NCBI GenBank assembly: GCA_016927555.1
Contig: JAFGML010000035.1
Coordinates: forward strand, 1 to 58,966
DNA length: 58,966 nucleotides
From: Thermoplasmatota archaeon
Lineage (GTDB): Archaea; Thermoplasmatota; E2; DHVEG-1
Reading direction: 5' to 3'
The position numbers and the translations under genes were made by a program. Below are positions 40,726-51,556 of the stretch, one piece after another (within the stretch, counting starts at the first letter, position 1; every line of letters starts with the position of its first letter). Below the pieces are notes generated by a model. The model ran no database searches. It saw only the letters and a program-made list of their open reading frames with translations, and was not told the origin of the DNA.

Positions 40726-40742
40726 GGGTTCTACCACAGCTC

Positions 40743-40982
40743 TTAGGGTTTATCTCGCTTATACGTCCAGTTGATTTCCGAGTTGATTTTCTTGTACAAC
40801 TCGGCGCCCCTCTCTAATATTTTCTTCTCATTGAGAACTTCTAAGGATTCATCAGCGACTATCTTTAAGGCATCACGGAGTTCCTTCCGTTTTGCCTTCA
40901 GCATTTCAATTCCAATGGTAATCAGTTCGTTCATGATTTCAGAGACATTCTCTCCTTCTATTGTAATGTTAATCTTCACCAT
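40743..40982 (-). CDS. Hypothetical 79-aa helical protein
   Basis: ATG with GAGG SD-like sequence; AT-rich; fills the intergenic gap. Confidence 0.55.
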   Translation of the reverse strand: MVKINITIEGENVSEIMNELITIGIEMLKAKRKELRDALKIVADESLEVLNEKKILERGAELYKKINSEINWTYKRDKP

Positions 40983-41154
40983 GCCTGTTCCCTCAGTTTA
41001 TTTTTTCCCTGGTTTTTCTGGTTCAAAACCGGTGTTGCACCCTGCCATAAAAACCACCACTTATATACTTTTGTGTCTCACAAGAGAGGCATGATTGAAG
41101 CATGGGCCCTTCAAAGAATAATTCTTAATACCCTGAAGCTCTTACGGAGGTCCA

Positions 41155-42078
41155 ATGGTCACTGTAGGCTCTTCTGTTGTCAGTCGTACAGAAACTATCG
41201 CAGCAGCGACAACACTTTCTCTCGTTGGTCTGGGTGTACTGCAGGTACTCCTTGGTGAAACTATTTCGCAGAGTGTCGCCCTCATCGCTAATGGTATCGA
41301 TTGCATTGGAGACGGCTTTGTCTCTGGTATCGTCTGGGTGAGTCTGCGGTTCGTCAAACGACCTGCGGACCAGCGGTTCCATTTCGGGTACTACAAACTT
41401 GAGAACATTGCTTCGATTGCTGCCACTGTCGTAATGTTCCTGTTATCAGGCTACATCATCTATCGTTCGTATTATCAATTAGTGAGCCCTCAGGAAATCG
41501 AGCTACCGTTTCTTGGGGCAGTTGTCGCCTTTGTTGCTGGGTTCGTTGGCGTTACCCTTGGCGTCATCAAGATTAGATCGGGCAAGCAGAACAAAATGAA
41601 CTCATTGAAACTGGATGCTATCAACACCATCAAAGATGGGACCACCTCATTTCTCACGGTCTTTGCTCTCGTGCTCTCCTCCTTTGGTTTACAGGCCGCT
41701 GATGCAATCATCGGATTCATCATTGCTGGACTTATCCTCACCATCGGGTTCATCGCCATCAAAGAAGCAGGGTACATGCTTGTGGACGCCTGTGATGGCG
41801 ATTGCCTCATGTACGGGCTGCTCATTAAAACCTATGCGGAGCGCGTCCCTGGCGTACAGGCAGCAAAGGTGGTCCGGCTTCGTCGGACAGGCCCGGTCAT
41901 CCAAGGTGAACTTGAGATTGCTGTGCCAGGTCATTTATCCGTCTCAGAGCTGCATGCCATCCAATCTGAGATTATCAAAAAATCCAGTGAGAAAATCTCT
42001 GAACTGGAGCGGTTGACTATCTCTGCCGTCCCCTGTGAACAGCCTGAGCACTTTGAGGGAAACACTCAGCGTCGTTAG
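41155..42078 (+). CDS. Cation diffusion facilitator (CDF) transporter
   Basis: SVALIA, PAD..FHFGY.KLE, six TM, C-terminal LRRTG domain. Confidence 0.9.
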   Translation: MVTVGSSVVSRTETIAAATTLSLVGLGVLQVLLGETISQSVALIANGIDCIGDGFVSGIVWVSLRFVKRPADQRFHFGYYKLENIASIAATVVMFLLSGYIIYRSYYQLVSPQEIELPFLGAVVAFVAGFVGVTLGVIKIRSGKQNKMNSLKLDAINTIKDGTTSFLTVFALVLSSFGLQAADAIIGFIIAGLILTIGFIAIKEAGYMLVDACDGDCLMYGLLIKTYAERVPGVQAAKVVRLRRTGPVIQGELEIAVPGHLSVSELHAIQSEIIKKSSEKISELERLTISAVPCEQPEHFEGNTQRR

Positions 42079-42497
42079 AGGTGTTGTAATCGTTGGTGGA
42101 GTTTGACGACGGTTTCTACCGCTGCTTTTCCTCGTTCAATACGGTCTTCAGCCTGCAAGCGACTCATCCCTGGGCCTGAGATTCCCAGGCCAACCGGTTT
42201 ATTGTACTCTAAGGCGAGGTCAGCGATCTTCCGAGCAGCATGCTGGATCACCAGGTCATCATGCTCTGTTTCCCCTTCAATGACTGCTCCGATGGTAATC
42301 ACACCATCGATATCCTTGCGTGCGAGTAGTGCCTTCACCGCTAGACCCATGTCGAAGACCCCGGGGACTTTGACGACTTTGGTGATTGCTGCACCCAGGA
42401 ACTCCGCATGCTCTCTTGCGCGTTCGAACATCATGGTGGTGATGTCGTAGTTGAAATCAGAGACGACTGCTCCGATGCGTATGGTTTCTTTTGCCAT
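42075..42497 (-). CDS. ribH: 6,7-dimethyl-8-ribityllumazine synthase
   Basis: SDFN, VPGVFD, GAVIEGETEHD, KPVGLG. Confidence 0.95.
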   Translation of the reverse strand: MAKETIRIGAVVSDFNYDITTMMFERAREHAEFLGAAITKVVKVPGVFDMGLAVKALLARKDIDGVITIGAVIEGETEHDDLVIQHAARKIADLALEYNKPVGLGISGPGMSRLQAEDRIERGKAAVETVVKLHQRLQHL

Positions 42498-42524
42498 TCT
42501 TTTTTTGCCTCCATTTATTACTTG

Positions 42525-43437
<913 letters not shown>

Positions 43438-43450
<13 letters not shown>

Positions 43451-44136
43451 TGTGTCCACGCTTTGATGATTTCTTTTCCTTCAAGGAAGATGAGGTTGTG
43501 GTGTTTCGCATAGGTGCGTGCGTCTTCTTTGGGGAGTGCTTTTCCATGGTTCCCCATGATCTCACAGCCGCTTCCCACAGGAATCAGCCCGGCCATCTCC
43601 AGGAGAGATATGCCTAGCTCGGTATGACCTTTTCGTTCATGGAGCAGCCGTGATGCAGCAACGCAGATGGGCACGTGTCCTGGTGAGCGGAACTCCTTCC
43701 CAAATGCTGTGATAGCTGCATGGCTGTCAAGGTTTTTTGTTTTTTCAACGAGTGCTGCGAACTGTTTCATGGTGAGGCTGCGGTCGTTATCTGTGATCCC
43801 TGTGAAGGTGTTCCGGTGGTTGATGTACAAGGAGAATGAGGATTTAGTATCGTACGGGATGTCATTTGGTACGAGTTCTTTGAGGACTGGGTATTGTGTA
43901 CCGACGCTGGAGAACAGGTCTGCGAGGAACGGCAGTTGCAGGGTCTGTGCAGCCTGGTTAGAAACCATGAGAAAGATGAGTCCTCCGCCGTCTTGACGCA
44001 TGCGTTGAATCGCCTGGGGTGTCGCGTGTTGCGAGGCGATGACAAGGTCGGTTTCTCCTTCTCTGGACTCATTGTCGTAGACGAGGATGAACTGTCCGTG
44101 TTGGAGTGCGTTGAGTGCCTGTTGTATCTTCTGAAT
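43438..44136 (-). CDS. ribB: 3,4-dihydroxy-2-butanone-4-phosphate synthase; probable ATT start
   Basis: Frame extends upstream of the tracked ATG through YDNESREGETD; TGITDNDR, PGHV, RKGHTE, CE; in-frame TGA two codons above ATT 44136. Confidence 0.9.
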
Positions 44137-44188
44137 AAGGAGTCACCAGCAGGAAAGCATTCACCCAGGTAAAATAAATATTGGTGTG

Positions 44189-44407
44189 TTACTCAGAAAT
44201 GGGTCGACTTGGTTTGTTTTTACTCCTGGACACCACATAGCGGGTGATGTAGCCCGCTATCCTATTTCGTAACAAGTTACTGCTGACCGTCACTAGCTTG
44301 TCAAGTTTTTCTTTATTCCCTTGAAAATCACCATTGAAATGATCTGGATATTTCTTCACTAAGTCAATTGCTACGCTTTTGATATGTGTCTGTCGTATGT
44401 TGCCCAG
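44189..44407 (-). CDS. rps17e: 30S ribosomal protein S17e; probable CTG start
   Basis: GNIRQTHIK, DFQGNK, LRNRIAGYIT; GGTGA SD 5 nt before CTG. Confidence 0.93.
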   Translation of the reverse strand: MGNIRQTHIKSVAIDLVKKYPDHFNGDFQGNKEKLDKLVTVSSNLLRNRIAGYITRYVVSRSKNKPSRPISE

Positions 44408-44540
44408 GTTAATCACCCTTCAGATATAGAGTCCCGGAATACTGTTGAGTTATTTAAAGTTACTGCGCAAGATTCCCTGGTAAAAACGGGGATAGACAGC
44501 CAGTATTTTCTCCGGATAGATAACAGAGTCATAGAAGCGT

Positions 44541-45791
44541 TTACACGCCGTTGACGTAGTAATCCTTATCGTAATACGAGGTGGTCATCTCTTCTTTAAT
44601 TACATCTGCGAGGCGTTTAATCCCCTCGAGGATAACTTCATCCTCTGAGTAGGAAAAGTTCAGCCGCATCGAGTTATAGTTGCTGCTGTCGGGGTAGAAG
44701 GCATCACCAACCACGTAGGCAACCTTTTTTGCCAACGCCCGCTTAAACATCAATCGTGTGTTGATGTTCTTCGGCAGGGTCACCCAGAGGAACATCCCGC
44801 CGCCAGGCACGTTCCATTTCGCCTCTTTTGGGAAGTACTCTTTTAATGCTTTAATCATCACATCTCGTTTATGATGGTAGAGTGTCTTGATGTGCTGAAT
44901 CTGCTTGTCCAAGTACCCTCCCTTGACGTACTCGTAGGCGACGTACTGCACGAACATATTAGAGCACAGGTCACTGGATTGTTTGGTGAGCGCGAATTTA
45001 TTGATGATTTCTTCAGAGGCGACCACCCAGGCGAGGCGGAACCCCGGGGCAAGGACTTTGGAGAACGTACCGATGTACACCACCCGTCCTTTCGTATCTA
45101 GAGACTTAATTGGGGGAATCGGTTTACCTTCGAACACCAGCTCTCCGTACGGATCATCCTCAATGATCAAGAAATCGTACTCTGAGGCGATCTCCAGTAG
45201 CTCCTTGCGATGCTCCAAGGAGATGCTCTCACCAGAGGGATTCTGGAAGGTTGCCACCGCGTACAGAAACTTAGGAGTAATCCCTGTGCGGTGTAACCGT
45301 TTCAAGTTCCGTCGTAAGGAATCGATGTCAATGCCTTCGTCGTTCATCGGGATACATTCACAGTTGCCTTGGTACGCATGGAACGCCTGCAGCGCACCGA
45401 GATACGTCGGTGCACTGGTAATGTACGTATCACCTTGTTCTAAAAAATTATAGGCAATAAAGGAAAGTGCTTGCTGGGCACCATTAGTGATCAGGATGTC
45501 ATGCAGCTCACAGTCAATACCCTTCTTTTCCTTCATCCTCTTTGCGAGGACATCACGGAGGAGAGGTAACCCCTCAGTGGTCCCATACTGCAGCGCATTG
45601 TGAATGTTGGTCTTGAACACCTTCTCGATGCACTCATGGATGACGTCAACCGGGAATGCCTGGGGGTTTGGTAAACCGCCTGCCAGCGAGATGAACCCTG
45701 CGCTCTGGGTGAGCTTGAGGAGCTCTCGTATTTCTGAGGATTTCAGGGATTTTGATCGGCTTGTGAACAGACGGTCGTAGTTAACCACCAT
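44541..45791 (-). CDS. PLP-dependent class I aminotransferase (LysN/2-aminoadipate transaminase-like)
   Basis: ISLAGGLP, QYG.TEG, FQNPSG, IEDDPY, TFSKVLAPGFRLAW, RLNFS. Confidence 0.92.
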   Translation of the reverse strand: MVVNYDRLFTSRSKSLKSSEIRELLKLTQSAGFISLAGGLPNPQAFPVDVIHECIEKVFKTNIHNALQYGTTEGLPLLRDVLAKRMKEKKGIDCELHDILITNGAQQALSFIAYNFLEQGDTYITSAPTYLGALQAFHAYQGNCECIPMNDEGIDIDSLRRNLKRLHRTGITPKFLYAVATFQNPSGESISLEHRKELLEIASEYDFLIIEDDPYGELVFEGKPIPPIKSLDTKGRVVYIGTFSKVLAPGFRLAWVVASEEIINKFALTKQSSDLCSNMFVQYVAYEYVKGGYLDKQIQHIKTLYHHKRDVMIKALKEYFPKEAKWNVPGGGMFLWVTLPKNINTRLMFKRALAKKVAYVVGDAFYPDSSNYNSMRLNFSYSEDEVILEGIKRLADVIKEEMTTSYYDKDYYVNGV

Positions 45792-45880
45792 AAAAAATGC
45801 CCCGTGCCTGTAATCGGTTCTCTTATATTAAAACTTGGTATCTAGCAAAAAAAGGTTTTTTTATGTTTTTTCCCTGATTT

Positions 45881-47389
45881 TTATAGATAGGACTTCACTA
45901 ACAATCGTTTCCGTTTCAACGCCCTGTCCAATTCTTTCTCCATATCCCTCGTGTCAATACTCACCCAATGAACAGCATCATGTTCAAACAACTCAAAGAG
46001 AGGGAACCGTCCATCCCAGGGCTCCCAGGTCTTCTGCAACGTCATCCCGCTAATGGTCCGTATATTTGTTGCTCCTATCGCACCCATGGCATCAGCAAAA
46101 GGAATCAACCGATCCATAGGCAGAGCAACACCAATGGTTTGTAAAAAACTCCCAAGAGGTTTCGCACGCGTTGGTAACTCCATGAGATCAGACACCGGGG
46201 TGACCCTGATGACTCTAAACAACGGAGATGGCTCAAAATTCAACGTACTTTCATCATAGACCACTAACCACTGATGCGTTGCTGAGGGAAAAATCTTCAC
46301 TGGCTCCCCCATCATCTCTTTAGTCAAGTACTGGTAGTAGCCATCTAACACCTGCATTTTCCCAGGTTTTGATCCTTTCGGCAGTGCCTGTGTCGTGGTT
46401 TCCATTTCTGTGGCAAGTAACCCAGCAAATTCTTTTGGAGAGACAGTTCCTCCCGTTTCTACAAAGATTTCCTGGGGGGAAAAACATCCTTGTTGATCCC
46501 AGGCACAGACGTCAAGGGACACCAGCTCAGCAATCTCAGATGCCCGCTTTCCCAGATATTCTCTTGCTAATGCGATGAAACTAAATTTATGCCAATGACC
46601 GGCGAGAGGCACTTTATGTCTATGTGAGAGCTCAGAAAGACTCCTGCGTGCTTGTTCCCCGCCTGTCGCACGCACCAGGTCTGATTGTGAAAATAAATAC
46701 TCTTGGACATGCGACTGTTCGCTTCCGAAAGGGAGCACTGCGATGGTAGCGGCAAGCTTCGGGTCGATGTCTGCAATGGATTGTGCGTACAAGGCGCCGA
46801 ACACTGGTTCTTCAGAGGGGACCTTCACCCATGAGGCTGCGTCAACCAGTTTATCCATCACGATTTCAAATGCTGCCAGACCAAGGATGTTCCCTGCGCA
46901 GATATGACCAATGACTTCTGGTTCGTAATTCGAATGACTCACGTGAGGTTTTCCATAGGCTTTGACGTATCCCTCTTGAAAGGGTTGAAAGGTATGGTAC
47001 TCCTGTGGGTTGGGTTTGCCGAATAACGTGAGATTTTCTTTCTTCATCACTTGGAAGAACTGCTGAAAACCCCAGTGCTCAAGCATTTCTACAGAAAAAC
47101 CAGTGATGGTTGGGAGGATTTCCCGCGTCAGTCTCCTCCCCTCGTAGGAGGGATCCATCCATCGGTCATTGACCTTCCCAAGAATGTCTAGAATCTGTGG
47201 GATGTCAAGGGTAAGGAGATACTCGTTTCGCGCTGTTTTTATACCCTGGATGATTTTCTTCAAGGCTTCTTCTGTGAGGATGGGTTTTACAAGAGTGATA
47301 TCATTGCCGGCATCCTCTGACAGAAACTCGATATCGTCGTTTATGCCAAGCGAGGGGTCCCAAAAATAACACTTGATGGTTGTTCCCAT
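45881..47389 (-). CDS. LuxC-like acyl-CoA/acyl-protein reductase
   Basis: HICAGN, ATGG, HKFS, DQQGCFSPQ with catalytic Cys, LQTIG, WDG. Confidence 0.85.
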   Translation of the reverse strand: MGTTIKCYFWDPSLGINDDIEFLSEDAGNDITLVKPILTEEALKKIIQGIKTARNEYLLTLDIPQILDILGKVNDRWMDPSYEGRRLTREILPTITGFSVEMLEHWGFQQFFQVMKKENLTLFGKPNPQEYHTFQPFQEGYVKAYGKPHVSHSNYEPEVIGHICAGNILGLAAFEIVMDKLVDAASWVKVPSEEPVFGALYAQSIADIDPKLAATIAVLPFGSEQSHVQEYLFSQSDLVRATGGEQARRSLSELSHRHKVPLAGHWHKFSFIALAREYLGKRASEIAELVSLDVCAWDQQGCFSPQEIFVETGGTVSPKEFAGLLATEMETTTQALPKGSKPGKMQVLDGYYQYLTKEMMGEPVKIFPSATHQWLVVYDESTLNFEPSPLFRVIRVTPVSDLMELPTRAKPLGSFLQTIGVALPMDRLIPFADAMGAIGATNIRTISGMTLQKTWEPWDGRFPLFELFEHDAVHWVSIDTRDMEKELDRALKRKRLLVKSYL

Positions 47390-47393
47390 GACC

Positions 47394-47798
47394 TTACCCG
47401 TTTATGAAATCAACTGGGATTTTACTTGCCGTGTTGACGAGCTCTTGTGCTGCTTTTGCTTGTTCAAGAATCATTTTTGAATCGCCTTCCACTGTGAACA
47501 TGCCTCTGATTAACCCGCGGAGGGGATCGAGTTCTTTGTTGATGACTTTTTTCCAGTGGGAGTACGGTCCTTTGAGCACAAACTTCGCCTTTTTTTCTCC
47601 TCTCACGAGGTAGGCATCACGGCATTTCCCATGCCAGAGGTCTACGTACACTACTGTTTCGTGAGGGAACCCTTCGTCAGGGGCGATTACAAAGAGGAAA
47701 TCACCTTCCCAGTCTTTTGCAGCCTCAGCATAGGTTGTATTTTTGTTTAGTTCATCTTTGAACATCTTAGCCCATTCATCCGACGGGAAACGTACCAT
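47394..47798 (-). CDS. SCP2 sterol/lipid carrier protein
   Basis: FPSDEW, Y..AAKDWEGD, DLWHGKCR, WKKVI..LDP..G; AGGAGG SD. Confidence 0.85.
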   Translation of the reverse strand: MVRFPSDEWAKMFKDELNKNTTYAEAAKDWEGDFLFVIAPDEGFPHETVVYVDLWHGKCRDAYLVRGEKKAKFVLKGPYSHWKKVINKELDPLRGLIRGMFTVEGDSKMILEQAKAAQELVNTASKIPVDFING

Positions 47799-49161
47799 GC
47801 TCTGGTTCCTCCTGTTGCATGAGTTCAGCCATGACTGCAGCGCATCCTCGTCCTTCCACACCTGGAAGACGACTGACCTCGACATCAAGCACCGGTCCTT
47901 GTCGACTACAGACCGGACAGTGGTCTAACATTTTTACTCTATCACCTGTGATGATAAACCCAGGGTAACTCTGTGGTAAGGGGTCAATGAACGCGAACCG
48001 TCCCACTGTGTTATAGCCAACGGGACGTAACTCTTCGTCGAGCACCAAGGGGACGATGACAGGAGGGATGTGTTTGTAATGACCTTCACAGCTGAGAAAA
48101 ATAGAACTACATTCTGACATGGCGTACACATCATGGTAGTGGTCTTGCGGGATGCCTAAGGTGTCTTTGACCTTCTGTCGGAACCGTTCCTCGGGGGGTC
48201 TTTTCTCTTCCTCTGCTTTCCATCCGCCGCCAGTAAGCACCTGGCTGGTCTCTAAGCGCACTGATTTCCCTTCTTTTTTCATCCGCTCAAGAATCCTATC
48301 AAGCCAGAACGGAGGACCAGCGATATTTACTGTCTTCCCTTCTTTTTCAAGGTGCTCTAACAAGTGGATAATCTTCATATCAGAATTTTTTTGCACAAGC
48401 GGACTAATGGTGGCCATCGCTTTTGCTTTGATTTTTTCTGCAATACCAATGGTTTCATCCCGTTGCATACGGAGAAACTGGGTGGTGATTTTCATGTCAA
48501 GGGCAACATGGATGTTCTCTGGTTTGTAAAGATCATAGGCGATACCAAACAAGCTTGCTATCGTCAGGTTAGTTTGCCGAGGATCAGGGATAAGAAGCAC
48601 GATGGTGTCATCAGGATCATAGTTCATCAGCTCTGCGACTGCTACCATCGCATTGTATTTCAACCGGTTCCACGACAGCAAATCCCGGGGGATGAAACTG
48701 AACCGGCCGCTGGTGCCACTGGTGAACATGATGTGAATCCCTTTGTTGTTGTACTCCTCGATGATGGCGTCATGTGAGGGGATAGCCATGGGAAACTCAT
48801 GGGTGGGAAACTCGCCAGAATATATTGCTGCTAACCATTTCAAGAATCCTTTTCCCTCCGGGTAGTCCTTGAAGAAAGCGTCAGGCAGCAGTGGAATGGT
48901 CTTGGCATCATCTGGTGAGGTGATTGTTTCTGGTGTGACGTTGTTCATGTGGCAGATGCGATGGTACAGTGCATTGTTCTCGAAATGGTGTTTAAAACTG
49001 TGTTGAATCGCACGAAAGGTCGACTCTTGAATAGTCGTGTAGTTTGTATAGAACGATGCAGAGGAAAACAAGGCAGCATCCACAGGATTCCATGCTGCTT
49101 GTGGCGGCATGCATTTTTGTAATCGTTGTTGGAGTTCATGATTCAGAGTTGTGTTTTCCAT
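47776..49161 (-). CDS. LuxE-like acyl-protein synthetase
   Basis: IPLLP..FK, FTSGTSG, TGGGWK, YAMSE, SYPGFIITGD, EGRGC acylation Cys. Confidence 0.88.
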   Translation of the reverse strand: MENTTLNHELQQRLQKCMPPQAAWNPVDAALFSSASFYTNYTTIQESTFRAIQHSFKHHFENNALYHRICHMNNVTPETITSPDDAKTIPLLPDAFFKDYPEGKGFLKWLAAIYSGEFPTHEFPMAIPSHDAIIEEYNNKGIHIMFTSGTSGRFSFIPRDLLSWNRLKYNAMVAVAELMNYDPDDTIVLLIPDPRQTNLTIASLFGIAYDLYKPENIHVALDMKITTQFLRMQRDETIGIAEKIKAKAMATISPLVQKNSDMKIIHLLEHLEKEGKTVNIAGPPFWLDRILERMKKEGKSVRLETSQVLTGGGWKAEEEKRPPEERFRQKVKDTLGIPQDHYHDVYAMSECSSIFLSCEGHYKHIPPVIVPLVLDEELRPVGYNTVGRFAFIDPLPQSYPGFIITGDRVKMLDHCPVCSRQGPVLDVEVSRLPGVEGRGCAAVMAELMQQEEPEHGTFPVG

Positions 49162-49236
49162 AGTTACTCACCGGTGTTCTCTTGAATAATATGCTGTGCT
49201 GGTCTCACCCCTTCTGAAGAAAGAATCAGAGCCACA

Positions 49237-51165
49237 TTATCCTCCCGCAATGGTATGTACCAGTTCACCGAATATCTGCAACTCTTTCTCAGATAACCCT
49301 TTTGGCAGGGGATAGAAAAAGTGTTCTTTCCTGTACAATCCTTTGTGCAACACGTACTCAACCGGGATGACGTGGTCCATCGCCAGTGTCTTTTGCAAGG
49401 ACTCGACAATTCCTTGATTTAATCGTACATGGTCCTCAGGTTTTGTATGATCGTAGTAATAATCGTATTCAAGGAACGCGAGTTTCCCATGTTCAATGAA
49501 ACCGATGAATCCCAGTGCGTTCACTAAGTGATGTTTCTTCCCAACATCATGAAGCATTTCGGTCATCGATAAAATGAGGTCTTTTTCAGCAGCCATGAAT
49601 CCCCCTCGAACCATGAACATTTTTTGTCGCTGCAGACGACTCGGCAGAATACGGAACGCATGCAGCCAGACTGCATCAGTCATCTCCGGTTTCTCATAGA
49701 CTTTTTTATAAAACCCTTGCAGATCAGGATCAAACGCCTGTGCAATTTTCTCTGGAGATGCCTCTAGTCCTTGTTCAAGATGTGTTTTCATTGGGCCTGC
49801 GAAAAGTGCGTTCAAGGGGTCTTTCTCCTCAGAGAGCACCTTAAGGAACTCACTGTCTTTCAACGAAGCGAGTTTGGGTGCACCAAGCATCAGTGTCTTC
49901 ATCATGGATGAATCCATCGTCACCTTCGCAAGCTCCTCAATCCTCTTTTTATCAACAGTGTCACAGACAACATCAACCACGTACTTCATTTTCAGATGCT
50001 TGCTCATCACGTACTCGACATCTTCTGCTATTTCATTCGTCGGTGAAATGAATTCGGAGAGGTACTTACTTGAGATAATGGCAAGGGATAATCCAATCTT
50101 ACGCTTCGCCAGCACCAAGGCAAGATCCAGGGCATCCTGCAAATGCTCAAAGGGAACAAATACCGCGTACTCATCCTCAAACACAGGGTACAGTTTCACG
50201 GTCATCTCTGTCACAATATGTGAGGGTGTCAGCGTGAGATTCGTAAACGAGTTATCAGTCGCATACGGATTTTTCACTTCTTTATCATTCTGATGGACAA
50301 TGGCTCCATCGTTATTAACCAACTCCACATCAATGAAATTATCTGACCCCCAGCCGTAGGTGTTCCCCCAGGTTGAAATCGGACCAAACGTGGCAACATT
50401 CACACAGACATGTGCTTCTGCTTCAGCAACAAGTGCGCGCATCTGATGAGCATACGCTGCTTTCTGTAGCTCAAAGGCAGTCACCCCAGGGCCAATCGTC
50501 GCTGTCCAACTCTTTGGATGAATCTGGAGTTTTTTCATTCTCCGTAAATCAAGGATCATCCCGCGTTCAAGACTCACTCCTTTCATCAGTAACGTTTGCA
50601 TCGCCATTGCTAAAAACGTCCCATTCCCCCGTGGCATAAACGGGATCTTATGTGTATTGGCAATCTTCACAACCTGTGCAACTTCCTCGGCTGTCTGTGG
50701 CATCACCACATAAAAATTTCCAAGGTGTTCATCAGTGATAATTGACTTAGCGTAGGATGCACTAACAATAGGGTCATTCGTCGCCCATTCATTGCCCACC
50801 ACCGTACGGAGCTCTCGCAAGATGGCATCTTCAGGGATCTTTCGTATGTCACTTGGTTTCAAGTTCTCCGCGTACGTCTTCAACGCCTGTTGCGCCTTCA
50901 TGGGACGCAGGTGGGTGATGAAATGACATTGACGGTCACAGATACCACACATCGTACAAGAGTTCACAATATCTACGAGTGCTTGCGTTGGTGGAACCGT
51001 GCCTGCGGCAAGTGCCTGGACAAGTTCCATACGTCCCTCAGGCCAATACGCCACAAAACCATGTTTGAGTCCTGCAGGACACAACCCGGTCCCCAGGAAA
51101 TCAACCTTGCACATTCCACAATGTGTTTCTTTTTTAGCCATTTCTGCTGCTTCGTGTAGATTCAT
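49237..51165 (-). CDS. 4Fe-4S dicluster / FAD-binding (PCMH) oxidoreductase
   Basis: CGMC..C.. and CTMCGICDRQC at the N-terminus; P.TAEEV..VK.A...KIPFMPRGNGT, LDLRRM, GPGVT FAD domain. Confidence 0.82.
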   Translation of the reverse strand: MNLHEAAEMAKKETHCGMCKVDFLGTGLCPAGLKHGFVAYWPEGRMELVQALAAGTVPPTQALVDIVNSCTMCGICDRQCHFITHLRPMKAQQALKTYAENLKPSDIRKIPEDAILRELRTVVGNEWATNDPIVSASYAKSIITDEHLGNFYVVMPQTAEEVAQVVKIANTHKIPFMPRGNGTFLAMAMQTLLMKGVSLERGMILDLRRMKKLQIHPKSWTATIGPGVTAFELQKAAYAHQMRALVAEAEAHVCVNVATFGPISTWGNTYGWGSDNFIDVELVNNDGAIVHQNDKEVKNPYATDNSFTNLTLTPSHIVTEMTVKLYPVFEDEYAVFVPFEHLQDALDLALVLAKRKIGLSLAIISSKYLSEFISPTNEIAEDVEYVMSKHLKMKYVVDVVCDTVDKKRIEELAKVTMDSSMMKTLMLGAPKLASLKDSEFLKVLSEEKDPLNALFAGPMKTHLEQGLEASPEKIAQAFDPDLQGFYKKVYEKPEMTDAVWLHAFRILPSRLQRQKMFMVRGGFMAAEKDLILSMTEMLHDVGKKHHLVNALGFIGFIEHGKLAFLEYDYYYDHTKPEDHVRLNQGIVESLQKTLAMDHVIPVEYVLHKGLYRKEHFFYPLPKGLSEKELQIFGELVHTIAGG

Positions 51166-51382
51166 CTTTTCCCCCGCATCATGTGTGCATGTAGCACTTC
51201 TGAAAGCACACCGCCTCTATATTATTTTCCATATGTTCTCATACGCACTGACCTTCACATAAAAAAAACAAGTACTCGTTCTTTCGTTCAACAATTGTTG
51301 AGGTGTAGCGAACACTTTAAATGCCGAATAAAATACCCTTAGAAGGAAAAAATTGATTTCATAAAATCTTGATTATTGATGA

Positions 51383-51456
51383 TGGGCCCGGCCGGATTTG
51401 AACCGACGACCAACTGGTTATGAGCCAGTCGCTCCACCAGTCTAAGCTACGAGCCC
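51383..51456 (-). tRNA. tRNA with CAT anticodon, most likely tRNA-Ile2 (agmatidine-modified)
   Basis: Reverse complement GGGCTCGTAGCTTAGACTGGTGGAGCGACTGGCTCATAACCAGTTGGTCGTCGGTTCAAATCCGGCCGGGCCCA; Ile-type GGGC acceptor stem, no initiator A1-U72 pair or GGG/CCC anticodon stem. Confidence 0.92.
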
Positions 51457-51556
51457 AACACAAACAGTGAGCCCCTATCAGAGTTCTACTACTTAAAATA
51501 TAAACACAAGAAAGAGGGGGAAGGTTCATTAATTACCACAAATATCAGGACCAGTC

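Noticed and set aside
44137-44150. Selenocysteine or read-through at the TGA upstream of ribB
   Set aside because: The TGA is part of the GGTGA Shine-Dalgarno sequence and lies upstream of the expected RibB N-terminus
45881-49161. Bioluminescence (lux) operon, given the nearby rib genes
   Set aside because: No luxA/B/D/G; the rib genes are archaeal housekeeping types separated by rps17e and an aminotransferase
45790-51456. tRNA-integrated island carrying the Lux-like operon
   Set aside because: The operon lies at the tRNA 3' end, but I found no duplicated tRNA 3' end (att site) and no integrase
51383-51456. Initiator or elongator tRNA-Met
   Set aside because: Lacks initiator hallmarks and has an Ile-type acceptor stem; elongator Met is not fully excluded
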